A stretch of DNA of 63,520 bases, counting the filler, from Choristocarpus tenellus KU-1152 (taxonomy: Eukaryota > Protista > Phaeophyceae): the NCBI GenBank assembly GCA_964200185.2. It is 12 parts of 12 records of this genome, joined end to end, with 100 filler letters (N's around TTAATTAATTAA, not from the genome) between each part and the next. Parts side by side here need not be neighbours in the genome. Positions count along the whole stretch, not along the records: positions 12,863 to 15,887 come from CAXNAD020022855.1; positions 15,988 to 19,716 come from CAXNAD020018268.1; positions 19,817 to 22,656 come from CAXNAD020024290.1; positions 22,757 to 41,435 come from CAXNAD020000525.1; 8 more parts are not named here. One strand, 5' to 3'. The notes under the pieces were generated by a model. It was not told where the DNA came from. It made no database searches and was given only the letters and a program-made list of their open reading frames with translations. Below are positions 12,990 through 24,937 of this stretch, piece after piece; within the stretch, counting starts at the first letter, position 1, and every line of letters starts with the position of its first letter. Position numbers and translations under genes: made by a program.

Positions 12990-13167
12990 GATTCTTTTCT
13001 TATTATCCATGTGGACGTTGCAAATCCCACATGGTAGTCTGCACTGGTCTTACCCACGTTCTCAGTCAGCGGAATCGAGACCACAAGCCCCTCTTGTAAT
13101 ATAAATTTTGCTCATCTGCATTAAGCTGTTCATTGTCCTTCATTAAAGCACCAAAGCCGCGGGTCCA
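12990..13167 (-). mobile_element. Repeat family D copy
   Basis: Minus strand reads ..GALMKDNEQLNADEQNLYYKRGLWSRFR*, then hairpin CCATGTGG-GATTTGCAACGT-CCACATGG and an A-rich tail. Confidence 0.6.
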
Positions 13168-13421
13168 GAGTGGGATACTTCAACAGGAGGTTTGCCCTGT
13201 TTGTCCGTTCGGGGCTTGGCTTCCAACAAGTGTTAAATTCGCTTTTTCAGTTTTCTGTGTGAACACAGTTACCTAAAATGTAAACGACTTTGAAAGGTTT
13301 GTATGGAGCAAGGATATTGAAACTTGCTAATAAAAATGTTAAGCCAAAATTCACAAAAATGGCAACATTGGATTTATAACCCCAAACGGACGCAGCCCTA
13401 CCCTCTTAAATGCTTTGGGTC
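13168..13421 (-). mobile_element. MITE family A, full-length, diverged
   Basis: GAGTGGGATACTT...TTTGTCCGTTCGGGGCTTGGCTTCC...CCCCAAACGGACGCAGCCCTACCCTCTTAAATGCTTTGGGTC. Confidence 0.7.
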
Positions 13422-13429
13422 AACGGCGG

Positions 13430-14175
13430 TTGAAGATAGTAGGGAGGAAGTTGAGTCGGACTTCGAGGATGAAGACAAGGAGGTGGTTGGCAGACCCGCA
13501 CACCGTGTAAGGACTGTAGGGGAGGACTTGCAACGACTAATCCGCACTCCTTGTGAAGCTCGTGGTGTTCAACAAGTGATAATGACGGGGAAGAATACCC
13601 TATATTCGAGAGATACCTTTTACATGTGCTTCTACGGGTGGATGGAAGAACATTCTTTCAACCCAGGACCAATTAAGATTGAGTTGCGGCAAGTTTGATG
13701 CAATGAAATGGACTGAGAGAGAAGTCCAAGAAGCCAGCATGACAATGGCGGGTTTGGCCATGGGTTGGATGAACTTGCGCAATATATTTTTGGTAACTAT
13801 GACAACAGGCAGTCTGAAGCGTTCAAGGCACGAAGAAACTATTTTCTCGCAACAGGATAACAGAAAGGACCATTATTGATCCAAGGTAAATCCTCTTAAT
13901 CTATCTACCAGGGAAATCCGAATCTTGTTATCATGCAGTTGGAAACGTTAGTGAAGAAGATGAGATCGATTGATGCTGAGCGTATTGAAAAGGTCCAGTT
14001 ACATGGAATACACAATTCCTTATTGAGAAGTACCTTGTGGGCATGCAGCTGGACTCAATCTTCAAAGGAGAGCTTATGAGATATAGAGGATGCGGAGACG
14101 TCAACCAGAAAGACGGATGGAAAGCAATGGCGGGGCACTGATATTGGGGGAACCCGTGCGGAGAAGGAACCGCAG
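13430..14175 (+). pseudogene. Possible degraded LTR-retrotransposon (copia) gag relic
   Basis: Interrupted frames AMGWMNLRNIFLVTMTTGSLKRSR and MQLETLVKKMRSIDAERI resemble copia gag (UBN2-like) segments. Weak. Confidence 0.3.
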
Positions 14176-15120
14176 GAGACAAAGTATCTTATAGGGGGTG
14201 GCGGCTGTCAAGTCGGGGCCCAATTTGACATGCTGTGATTATCGGGTGATTTTGGTTCATGAGTCGGATGCCTACGAAATTTGATAGACCTGAGTGTGTC
14301 TATCTTCGTATCCTTGTGCTCATGAAGCATTAAAAAATTCTCTGTCTTTTGTCAACGCGTTTGTATTTAAAGGAGTGACTTTACAGTTTCGTTGATTCAA
14401 ACATGGCACAGCACTGAATCAAATGTTTGATGAACCTCTGCTGAATTTGGTACATACTATCGAGTATTGTGTTGGAGAGAGTTGAGGTAGACGAGAGGTT
14501 CCCAGAACCGTAAAAGGATGCCAGTAAATATGTTCAAAATCCCGCTATTTCGAGAAATATGTACAGGAAATTGATTGAATAGTGTCAAAGTTTGAAACAA
14601 TGAAGAAAACTACCCTCTCCGGCCAAAGGGTCAAAACATCTTTGAGGGTAGAGCTGCGTCCATTTGGGGGCCAACATCCAATGTTGCGACTTTGATGTAA
14701 TTTTGGCTATAGTGTTTGTTAGCAAGTATCAATATCCTATTTCCAGACAAACAGTTCATAGTCATGTACACTTTGCCTACTCCGAAATGTTTCGGATTTG
14801 GTACATGTGTTCACAGGAAACCGAAAAAAGGACAAAAAAACTCGTCGATCGCCATAAAATTCAGGCCCCAAACGGACAAACAGAAGCAACTCCTGCCCTC
14901 TAAGATAATTTGACTCGAACTTATGGTGCTATCATAGAAATGTGTACGATGTGTAGAATATAAACAGACAGAGGCTTACAACGAAAAAATGCCAAAAACG
15001 GGTTACCCCTCATTAACCTTGGTGCAGAACATAAATGGAACAACTCATTCCGAAAATAATCAGAATTCTGTGTTATCTTTGAGGCATTGCAAAGTGTAAA
15101 GAGTGGTTTGAGCTCCCTTT
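14176..15120 (+). mobile_element. Non-autonomous element family C (left arm), containing a nested family A MITE
   Basis: Starts GAGACAAAGTATCTTATAGGGGGTGGCGGCTGTC. Colinear with 55435-56105, e.g. CCCAGA..G.AAAAGGATG, TGCCAAAAAC..G.TACCCCTC.TTAACCTTG.TGCAGAA and GGCATTGCAAAGTG.AA.GAGTGGTT. Confidence 0.7.
14628..14916 (+). mobile_element. MITE family A, complete, nested in family C
   Basis: TIRs GGGTCAAAACATCTTTGAGGG / CCCTCTAAGATAATTTGACTC; flanks AAA/GAA. The empty site in the paralogous family C copy (near 55890) has a single GAA. Confidence 0.85.
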
Positions 15121-15660
15121 GTGGCAGAGGAGAAGTGCTTATTGAGGTGAACAAAATGTTCTCATAGTATATGATGTTTATCTTCGCATATATCTGTGTG
15201 CACCCATCGTGCTCTGGCCATGCCTATGAACAATTGTCCCCCAGTATCAAACCAAAGCATGTGCTTTCCAATCATTGACAAATAGACTGGGTCACCTGTT
15301 CGCAACAGAGACACAAGCTTTGCCAACTACTCACTGAATAATGGATGTATGAACAAAGTCCGCGAACTTGAAGGTTGACACTGCATAGCTAATAGACAGC
15401 ATATCACCGTACGACAGTAATCAAATTTGGAAACACACATCCAAGCGAGTGCTATGTACAGACACCTGAATTTTCATCTTACAAAAGAGGATCGTAGTCT
15501 CCAAGACAACCGGTGAAGTATAAAGAATGTGTTGCTTCTTTGTGGTTTATACACGCCCAAGAACATATATCAACATCGTAAACCCATGTTCGTAGATAGT
15601 GCTGCTGATACACTATAGACACCATCGGTGGAGTAGATTAGGAAAGATACATACCACCAG

Positions 15661-15722
15661 TGGGATAATGGAATAATGGAGTAAAGGAATAATGGGATAA
15701 TGGAGTAATGGGGTAAAGGAGT
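15661..15722. repeat. 8-bp tandem repeat (TGGRRTAA-like, ~7-8 units)
   Basis: TGGGATAA TGGAATAA TGGAGTAA AGGAATAA TGGGATAA TGGAGTAA TGGGGTAA AGGAGT. Confidence 0.8.
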
Positions 15723-15805
15723 GATAAGGAAAAAGTAGTGACAGATAAATGTTTCGGTGTATCTTAGTTGAAGTCTGCACTAACCATGTATGATGCAGTG
15801 ACTGT

Positions 15806-15887
15806 ATTCTTTTCTGATTATCCACGTGGACGTTGCAAATCCCACATGGTAGGCTGCACTGGTCTTACCCACCTTCTCAGTCATCGG
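15806..15887 (-). mobile_element. Repeat family D copy (truncated at contig end)
   Basis: Near-identical to 12991-13072: ATTCTTTTCT.ATTATCCA.GTGGACGTTGCAAATCCCACATGGTAG.CTGCACTGGTCTTACCCAC.TTCTCAGTCA.CGG. Confidence 0.75.
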
Positions 15888-17139
15888 NNNNNNNNNNNNN
15901 NNNNNNNNNNNNNNNNNNNNNNNNNNNNNNNTTAATTAATTAANNNNNNNNNNNNNNNNNNNNNNNNNNNNNNNNNNNNNNNNNNNNGTGTCATGCATTT
16001 TAAGCTAGAATCACCAGGGAGATGGGCACGGAGGGGTTTATTTGATTCTTGGGATGCCTCCCTAGCTCCTCCCGGGGCACAGGTATAGGTAGATTGGAGA
16101 CACAGGAGGGCAGTAGTACAACACATAGTGGTGAAGTAACATATAGATTAGGGTTTTGCACATATATAACATGTTATTTCTTGAGGGCTTATACTAACAA
16201 TATGTATGGTTTTCATTGGTTTCCCCCTGACACATCTCCAAAATGTCAGAGGGCATAATATAAAAATATAACCAGACCCCCACGAATACCATGTCGAATA
16301 TGGATCCATATATATAAAGTACATACATAAATAGCCCTAACCGTAACCGTAACCCCCCAAACCATAAAAGAAATAGTACAAACGAGAGGGATATACATGG
16401 GGGTCTGGTTACTATCGCGTCGCTCGGGTCCTTTTTTTTTGTGGATTTTGACAAATAATATTATATACAGTTAGTCAATGGAACCATTCCAGGATTTCCG
16501 GAGTAATTGTTAATTCATTTATTGCCACCCCTGTACATAGGAACAGCTTATCATTGCTGTTCACAACCGTGGAAGGGTCGTGGTATCGTAATTTTTCACA
16601 GTGGGGGAAATAGGTACACAACCAACCATAACCATCCACACTACTACTGTCAAAATCCAGACTGCAACCGTACAGTCAAGTCAAAACTACAACCTCAACT
16701 GTGTCGTCAAAAACGGAAGTCCAACCGTAGACTGGAACATACTGTGGAGAGGTCAAATTAAAATTATAGCCATATTTGTGTATTGAAAATACTTTCTTAG
16801 GTATGTTAATGTTTTTGCAAAACGGAAACCTAAAGTGGAAATTCCCTCCACGACTGTTTGATATGGCATCAGATACAACGACGGTCATTGTGGCCATGTC
16901 AGTATACCCCACACGGTCAGAAACAAACCGAACAATGGAAGTGGTACAGCGTAGGGCCTTGGAAAATAAGATAAACATCAACACAAATTTGCAGTCAATA
17001 AAGAAAATGATATCTGTCTGGTGGAGGGGGTGAAGGTTGAAGTTGAAGGATTGTTGTTTTGGTTTGAGCCAGTTCAACTGAGAGATAGGCAGGGTTGCAT
17101 TTTAAGGGTACAAACACGCCATTTTGTACAATTGCTGAA

Positions 17140-18770
17140 AAAACCTTTGCTGAGTTGTGATGTTACTTTGTGTGTGGAAAGGGGAATATCAATTTTGTGT
17201 ACAGTATAGTGTAGTATATAGGGAAATGAAGTAGAGTGTATTGTACAGGGTAAGAAAGATGGCATAGAATGCAAAAGGATCCAAACCTGCCTACCTCTCA
17301 GTTGGTCTGACTCTTTTGAATTAGATATGGGTGCTGAGTCCTACAAAGACTCAAGGAACGGACCTCCATGCAGTACCCATCTTCTTCCGAAATATCAGTA
17401 AGTAACATAATTGGCCTAATGTGTTTAACTGTAGTGTGGATAAATACGTACTCCTGAGTGGATATTATTAGTGTAAAGATGTAGATGCTAGATAATACTG
17501 CTGGTGGTAGATATTCTACATATTTGTATCAACATATATATCATTGTCAGATCGTATACATATATAATTATGGGCAGTCATATTTTGTGTGGCGCCATGG
17601 AGAGAGCTGTACTTGGCAAATTGACCTGATCGAAAGGCCCTACTGTTGTTATTGTTAATAACATCCCACCCATTTCCCATTATTACGTAGGAGTATATCA
17701 TCATTATCATAACCTCGCATATTCATTGCGTCTTGAAGAGTTATTTTTTATTCATTACCTATTGCTTTCATAAACAGGGTGATTGTGGTATGTTTTGTGT
17801 CATACGAATATTTCCATAATATTTCGCGATGACTGCTCACAGTGTGGTTCGTGCTGTTTAGAGTATTCCAGACCGATTGTGCTATTTTGCGTGCTCTTTT
17901 GCTTGAGTAAGCGAATCTGCATACGGACTAGCGGAGATTATATGTGAGACTATCTGTGCCACAGTGCAACAAATGGAGGTCTAGTTCGTAGGGTGAGTTG
18001 CACACATGAGAGGTGTACGAAGTACCGAAGGTATTGATGATATTTGAGAAGAATCTGGAGATATTAACCGAAAGCAAGGGTGAGCAGGAGAAGAACTGCT
18101 TGTTATGGGTGTAATTGCAAGACGGTCTTGACAAGCTTGGGATCACAGTCGAGGGGTATGGATTTGAAGGGCAAGAAATCAATACACGATTGGTACGCCT
18201 ATAATGGGTGGTTGAAATAATCAATTTCTTTTTGGATACGTGGCATACCAGAGAAGCAGTGATAGCTAACAAAGTACGACATACTAAGGCAGCAGACAAG
18301 GCAGCTCAAATAAATCAGGACCCATGCACACCCACCCACTATTACCTGTTTAATATTGTTCTTCTATCATTCCATCTTTTATTGGGTGTAATTATTTTTG
18401 TTATACATCAACGATGAATGGTGTTCACATGGATGGGCCGAATGTAACCCCGAGTTATATTTTTTCCTGTATGACGTTGGCAATGCTGACACAGCATCGA
18501 TTACATTCTGCCCCAGTTATTGGATGCTAGTGAGTAATTGTGTCCTTCCTAACCCTAATCCTAGCCCTAGGATAAATGTCAAAAAGAGGTAATTTTGTAC
18601 GATTGTAGAAAAAGGTCTTTGCTGATTTGTGGTGTTACTTTGTGTATGAAAACGAGGGATGTCAACTTTGCGTGCACTATTGTGTTCATACATCAATGAA
18701 ATAGTGTGAAATTGTACAGGGTAAGATTGACATAGAATCCAAGAGGGCACAAATCTGCTCATCTCTTGAT
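17140..18770 (-). repeat. Diverged direct duplication (17140-17300 vs 18605-18770) of a degenerate coding segment
   Basis: GTTACTTTGTGT.TG...TTGTACAGGGTAAGA...CATAGAAT.CAA.AGG occurs in both. Minus-strand peptides QVWILLHSMPSFLPCTI..KIDIP and QICALLDSMSILPCTI..KVDIP. Confidence 0.6.
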
Positions 18771-19895
18771 TGTTTTTTCTCATTCCTATTGCTATAGTAC
18801 GTAGCAATAATGTGGTAGCCATCGGTACCAAAATTTGAAAGTATTTGTGATGACGATGCATTGTTGCATACCACATATCCCTTCGTTAAATTGTAAGTTC
18901 TGTATCCCTTTAAAGTTTGGTGATACTGCACAACATGCCCACAGCACCAAAGCAGTATACTGGCAAAAAAAAATATCCTTCACGCTTTCTGGTACCGTAG
19001 GAACTAGGAAGTCATAATGACAGCATAGCAGCAGGAAGAGTATGTATGTGGGCCTTCAGCTTTTTTCAGACCCACCTAAAACACTTGAGAATCATATATT
19101 CTATCCAGCACTAACTCTATGGGTACCGTACCTATTAAGGCGCAATAACGTCGTCAAGGAGATCCATATCATCCGTACATTTGTGAAAAATGATCAAGTT
19201 CCATCCTTCTTTGTATATTCCTATAGTACAGCTTGTTCAGGAGGTTGTTATAGGATCAGAGATGCTGTAGAAGAGTATTTGTAATTTGCTTGAATCTCCT
19301 TGGGGGTAGATGAACTTTTCTCCGAGTAAATGACTTCGTACTTTGTACTCTGAGAGGCTCTCTCACCTCTTCTGCCACCCGACCATATCGTACCCTGTGT
19401 CACCAATCCCAGCATTTCCGTGTGTATGTACGCTGGGCCCAACACTTTTGGAGTTGGTTGATCTACCTTCTATCTATATATCACGTGCGTGGGCACAGAA
19501 CAACTATAAAACAACATACATATATATTTGTTGCTTTTCTTTTTCTTTCCTTCATAAATAAATGCCTCTTGCATTCTAACGTCGCCACCTGCACTTCATT
19601 TCCCTTTTCGCAATAATACATTGTCCTCATTCCCGATCGCAATAACGAAGTTTGACGATTACTTATTTCTGGGACGATTGCCCTCCTATTTGACCCAAAG
19701 TATCTGGGAGGGGGGGNNNNNNNNNNNNNNNNNNNNNNNNNNNNNNNNNNNNNNNNNNNNTTAATTAATTAANNNNNNNNNNNNNNNNNNNNNNNNNNNN
19801 NNNNNNNNNNNNNNNNCGCCTGGCCCCTTTCCCTCCTCGTTTGTTCTTTTCCGGCCTCCCCCTCCCCCCCCCCCCTCCCCCCCCCCCCCCCCAAG

Positions 19896-19935
<40 letters not shown>

Positions 19936-20304
19936 CCCTCCCAAACATAAAAAATAAAAATGAAAGAACGGGAAAAAACAGGACTACATCCAGTTGTTTT
20001 TTTTGAAGTCCACCGCCGAGCAGGGTGGTGGACGCCACCCTGCACAAACAAAACCGCTCCGGTTTGGTACGATAGCTGAGTGAGTGCCATACCATACCGC
20101 TTTTCAGCAGACATCCCGTTTGTCGGTACAGAAACGGGATGTTCCCGGGACAGCTCAAACACACAAACGCTGCAAAACAAGAGGGAGAGTCGTGGTTACT
20201 TTACACTTTACTCTTCTTCTTAGGATCACCATCTACCCGGACAAGTCTCCTTCCTTCCTTGCCCCTCTATCATTGCAGGGAATAATATAATATCGTAGAG
20301 GGTT

Positions 20305-20571
20305 CAGCCAAAGTATCTTAGAGGGTAGAGCCGTGTCCATTGGGGGTCATAAATCCGATGTTGTGATTTCGATGTAATTTTGGCTATCACGTTTGTTAAG
20401 AAGTAACTGTCAATATCCTTGTTTCCGGACACACCTTTTCATAACGTATACATTTTACCTACTGCAAAAACATTTCAGAGTAGGAAAAATGTCATAAAAA
20501 AAAAAATCGTGGGAAGCCCAAACGGACAAACAGGGAAAAACTCGTACCCTAACCCTAAGATACCTTCACTC
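20305..20571 (+). mobile_element. MITE family A, complete
   Basis: CAGCCAAAGTATCTTAGAGGGTA...CCCTAAGATACCTTCACTC; flanks GTT/GTC. Confidence 0.85.
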
Positions 20572-22316
20572 GTCCACAATAGCCAGTACAGGGGACACGC
20601 CTTCCAGCTCAGACAAAAAGAGGTACGCTACTGCCGAGGGTACACAGAAAGTACCGTTACAAGCCAAGTTGATAAAAAAAAACTTGATAAGCGCCCGACC
20701 AATAGTGTAGTAATATGTAATAATATGTATAGAAGGGCCCTAACTTATGTACTGCGAGGCAAAGCAGGGGCGCGCACAAAAAAAATCGAAAACGTTGCGG
20801 ATGGCAGAGCAAGGTGGAGTGCCGACATCGCCATACACGCCAACCATTCTCAACAAGAAGTCAACAAGGGCAGGGACCCCACGCTACGATCGGAACCATG
20901 TCGACCAAAGACCAATATATGTACAAATGTACAAATGTACATACATATATATATATGTATGTATAGGTGTATACATGTATGTATGTACAAGTAGGCGTAA
21001 CTTTAGATGCAACCGTAGATGCAGCTCCGGTTACTTCAGTGAGGGGAGGGGCCTCCCTCACACACACACACACACACACACAAATCATTAAAAAATAAAA
21101 CGGAAACGACGGGGGGGTACTATCGCACGGAGGCATATAAAAGAAAAAGAACAAGAAAAAGAAAAAGAGGTTAAGAGATAACGGTAACATCGACTACTTC
21201 AAGGCTATACCTACCGGGACACCAGCCACATCTCTTCGTGTAGGTGTATGATAGACACCAGCCACTGTAGCTACCACACCCCCGCCTGCCGTGTATGATA
21301 CACTGTGCTACGGAAGCTAGGGTCGCAGAGACTCTGCGACAAGAAACAAATGCCTCTTCTGATCGGAACAAAAAAATTGGTAGAATTTATTTCGTCTGTC
21401 CTAGAAAAGGGTGCAGAGGAGGCCTCTCTGCTTCAAAAAAAGAAAAAAAAGAAGGGAATTTAGAAGCGGCACATGAATCACTGATTTAATTTTTTTCTTT
21501 TTTGATAGATCCGTGCCGAGGGCAGGCTGGAACGAGGGCACGAGGAGGGGCAGATAAAAGACGTACTCGAGCGTTTCGGAAGACGCAGCAACATAAACCA
21601 AAACCAATACATCAAACAAGAGAGTGCAACAAAATGCACCAGTTTGGACAAGGCATCGCAGGCGTTGGTGAAATAAAATAGCAGTTGGCAGTTCTATATA
21701 TATATGCATGTAAGCTAATAAAAAAAATTACAACGAAGTAGCTGGAAAATCAACAAGCGACAGAAGGGAGGGACCTGTATATATATTCCTTCTTTACATG
21801 CTACCATGCATGTAACCTAGAGCCAAAAAGGACTTACATCTCCCCATGTTTCTTTCCATGAGAACGAGCTTCAAGCATTGTAAAGGTGGAGAGTTTACTA
21901 CGCCCATTTCCAGAAACACTATTTTGCTAAAACGCCTCCTGATAGAGAGCAGGTATCCTTGTTGGAAAGGCTACTTTCACGAAGAACACACCAGTAGGTA
22001 CTGTGATGAATAATGACCTTCTCTTCCCCTCCCCCTCAAACACCAGCCTTGATTGAGAGACGTTACAGCCTTCAATAGGCCGCTTGACACAGACAACAGC
22101 CTTTTTGTCCAACTATGCCGCACTTGACCTAGAAATCACGCCTTCCTTCTCAAGGGAGGGAAGTTGGATACCGAAGCGTGTTGATATAAAAAATCGGCGC
22201 ATGAGTTTGTACTGGGAGCGAGGGGTGGACTCACTCACTTCTGTACTTTCTAGAAGGGATAGTGACATATATTTTCCTCTCCGACCACACTGTTCACACT
22301 TCTTCCCAATAAATAA

Positions 22317-22496
22317 GGCTCAAAGTATCTGGGGGGGGGGGTCTACACCAGGGTGTCCATTCAAGCCTTGACCAGGAGAAGTGAAGTTACATTATACATC
22401 CGACGCATGCAACCAAATCACACAAAATTCGCAACATGGAAAAATGGGCCCCAAATGGACAGTCACCACACACACACACCCCAGATACTTCGAGCC
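22317..22496 (+). mobile_element. MITE family B, complete (180 bp)
   Basis: TIRs GGCTCAAAGTATCTGGGG / CCCCAGATACTTCGAGCC; flanks TAA/AAA. Confidence 0.85.
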
Positions 22497-22840
22497 AAAA
22501 TAATAATAATAATACCTAACGTAGCGAGCGACATATCAACAACCAACCTGCACATGCGTGTACTGTTGCTGTTTCGAGACTAGACCACCGTAAGATAAAA
22601 CAAACGGGGGGGGGGGGGGGGATTATACTTTGCTGTAACTGGAAAAACAAAGGGTGNNNNNNNNNNNNNNNNNNNNNNNNNNNNNNNNNNNNNNNNNNNN
22701 TTAATTAATTAANNNNNNNNNNNNNNNNNNNNNNNNNNNNNNNNNNNNNNNNNNNNACCAACCCCCCCCCCCCCCCCCCCCAAAAAAAACCTCCCCCTGA
22801 CATTCACATTGGACGGTGGTGAACCTACACAAAATGCAAG

Positions 22841-22974
22841 ACTATTGGAATGCTGATTGAGTCCATGGCTGGTAAGAGTGGGGCCCTGCATGGAACATTC
22901 CAGGATGCAACACCCTTCAAATTCCATGAGAAGGATAAAGTCATCGACCACTTTGGGGCACAGCTGCGTGCTGC

Positions 22975-23021
<47 letters not shown>

Positions 23022-24937
23022 GTGTGTGAGGAGTATTAGTAGTACCTGATTTGTTGTACGGTTGTGTTTCATAGCTTACCGGTGTCTTTGTATTTGAAGG
23101 TTTGTGATACAATATTTTTCCCCCTGTGTTTGTAGTAGTTTCATGGAAGAGGTATTGTTTTTTTCATGCATACGGCTCTTCAGGAGCTGGATATTATTGG
23201 ATTGCTGTTGTGCGTGCCGGACCTGTGAGACACTCTCAAGTACTATGTAGACCCCGTTCAAAATATCTCACTTATTTTTGGTGCTTAGAAATTTCCACTT
23301 ATTGTATGAGTTAGGGTTAGGGTTAGAATTATGGCTTCACCAGAGCAATCCATGAGGTGCATACCTACAAATGGTTTATATCCATTTCAATGGAGTGCCC
23401 TAGAATAGTTGTGGTCTACATGCTGCAACAACAGGTACAACGGAATCGCACTTAGCACAATTCTTGTACACCTGATGCTCCTCTGAGGAACTTAATGCAA
23501 TACTTTTCATTACTTTTTTTTCCCTGACTGAATCCTTTCTCGCCTTCCAGGTATGCATACCATGGGTCAGAACCACTCTACAGTGGTGTGACTGGTACTA
23601 TTATGCATGCAGATATCTTCATTGGACTTGTTTACTATCAGCGGCTGCGGCACATGGTCTCTGATAAGTCCCAGGTGAGTTGCTGGTCTGTGATAATAAT
23701 AATAATAGTGTATGCTATGTTTTTTTTTGTGTGATTCCTGACAGCTAACAGCTTGGACATTCTCATGTTCTTGTGTGAAGTATTATTGTTTGGTGTATCA
23801 ATGAGTCAGATAATTTTTTTTCATGTGGTTGGATTCATGTCCAGGAGGAGTGGATTCCTCTGGCCCATCAGTACTGAATTTATGTAGGGGATGTCGTTGT
23901 GTAAGGGTGAGGCAGGGTGGGACTCCTGTGTTGTGTGTGTGTTGTGTGTATGTTGTTTGTGTGTTGTGTGTATGTTGTGTGTATGTTGTGTTTGGTGTGT
24001 GAGCACTCTTCGCACTAGTGTGTGTATGTGTTACTGCCTGTCTATGGGTGTACATGTATTATTAGCAATGCAATCTGTAACACTCACTCGAAAGCATGCA
24101 TTAAACCAATTCGTTGACATGACTTCGGTGCGTTGTCCTCTTTTGGTCCCTTAGTGACCTGACACGTTTGTTTGGATACTTCATTTTGTGTTGCAGATGT
24201 TTCTCTGTTCATTGCCTACCTTAGGGGAGGCCGTTGTTGATGTGTTCTAACAATGTACACCTTACACCTTTTTGTTTGAAGATTCACTCAGGACACCAGG
24301 GTTTTAACGCTTTTTGTAGATGTGTGAACAGGGAAGGCCAAGAATGAACACCACGGGACTAATTCCACTCAAACGGCTTTGTTCCCATTCAACTGCGTTC
24401 CTTTTTAGAGGTTGGCATGTGTATCTCCCCCCCCCTCTCCCCCAAACGTCTCTACACAAGAAATATCCATTGTCTGAAAACCTCTTCTTTTGTATTTTTG
24501 TTTGAAAGGTGCGGGCAACAGGCCCAGTGAATCAGCTCACTCGACAGCCCATCAAGGGACGTAAAAACAAGGGAGGCGTGCGACTTGGGGAGATGGAACG
24601 GGATGCCCTACTCAGTCACGGAACAGCGTTCCTCCTCCATGATCGTCTCATGAACTGCTCTGACCGCCATGTGGCACACGTTTGTACTTACTGTGGGGGT
24701 TTCCTGTCGACTGCTCCACGGCGTGGGGCGGTGGCAGCTGCAGGGCAGAGTGAGGCCGCTGCAGCAGCAGCTGCCAGGGGAGAGGAGGCTGCTGGGGGAG
24801 AAGGTGGAGGGGGCTTTTACTGTTCTACTTGTGCTTCGTGTGCTGGGGTAGTTTCTGTTGCAATGCCTTATGTGTTCCGGTACTTGGCGAATGAGTTGGC
24901 GGGGATGGGGATTAAACTCACGTTGAAGATGAGTTAA
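22841..24937 (+). CDS. RPA2: DNA-directed RNA polymerase I second-largest subunit, last three exons (5' part off contig)
   Basis: Exons 22841-22977, 23551-23674, 24509-24937: [24 protein letters not shown]...G|[15 protein letters not shown]...[14 protein letters not shown]|[38 protein letters not shown]...DRLMNCSD...[15 protein letters not shown]. These are Pol I-type signatures. Confidence 0.95.

Noticed and set aside
13007-13034. tRNA-Cys anticodon arm (GGA..TTGCAAATCC)
   Set aside because: No D arm, T arm or acceptor stem in register.
12990-15887. Direct repeats at both ends of this contig as a pair of LTRs
   Set aside because: Homology is short, there are no TG..CA ends, PBS or PPT, and a third copy at ~3500 behaves like a dispersed element end.
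19817-22300. Short ORFs in this contig, including the poly-Gly ORFs at 19761-20180
   Set aside because: They derive from poly-C runs, microsatellites and MITE sequence; no recognisable domain.
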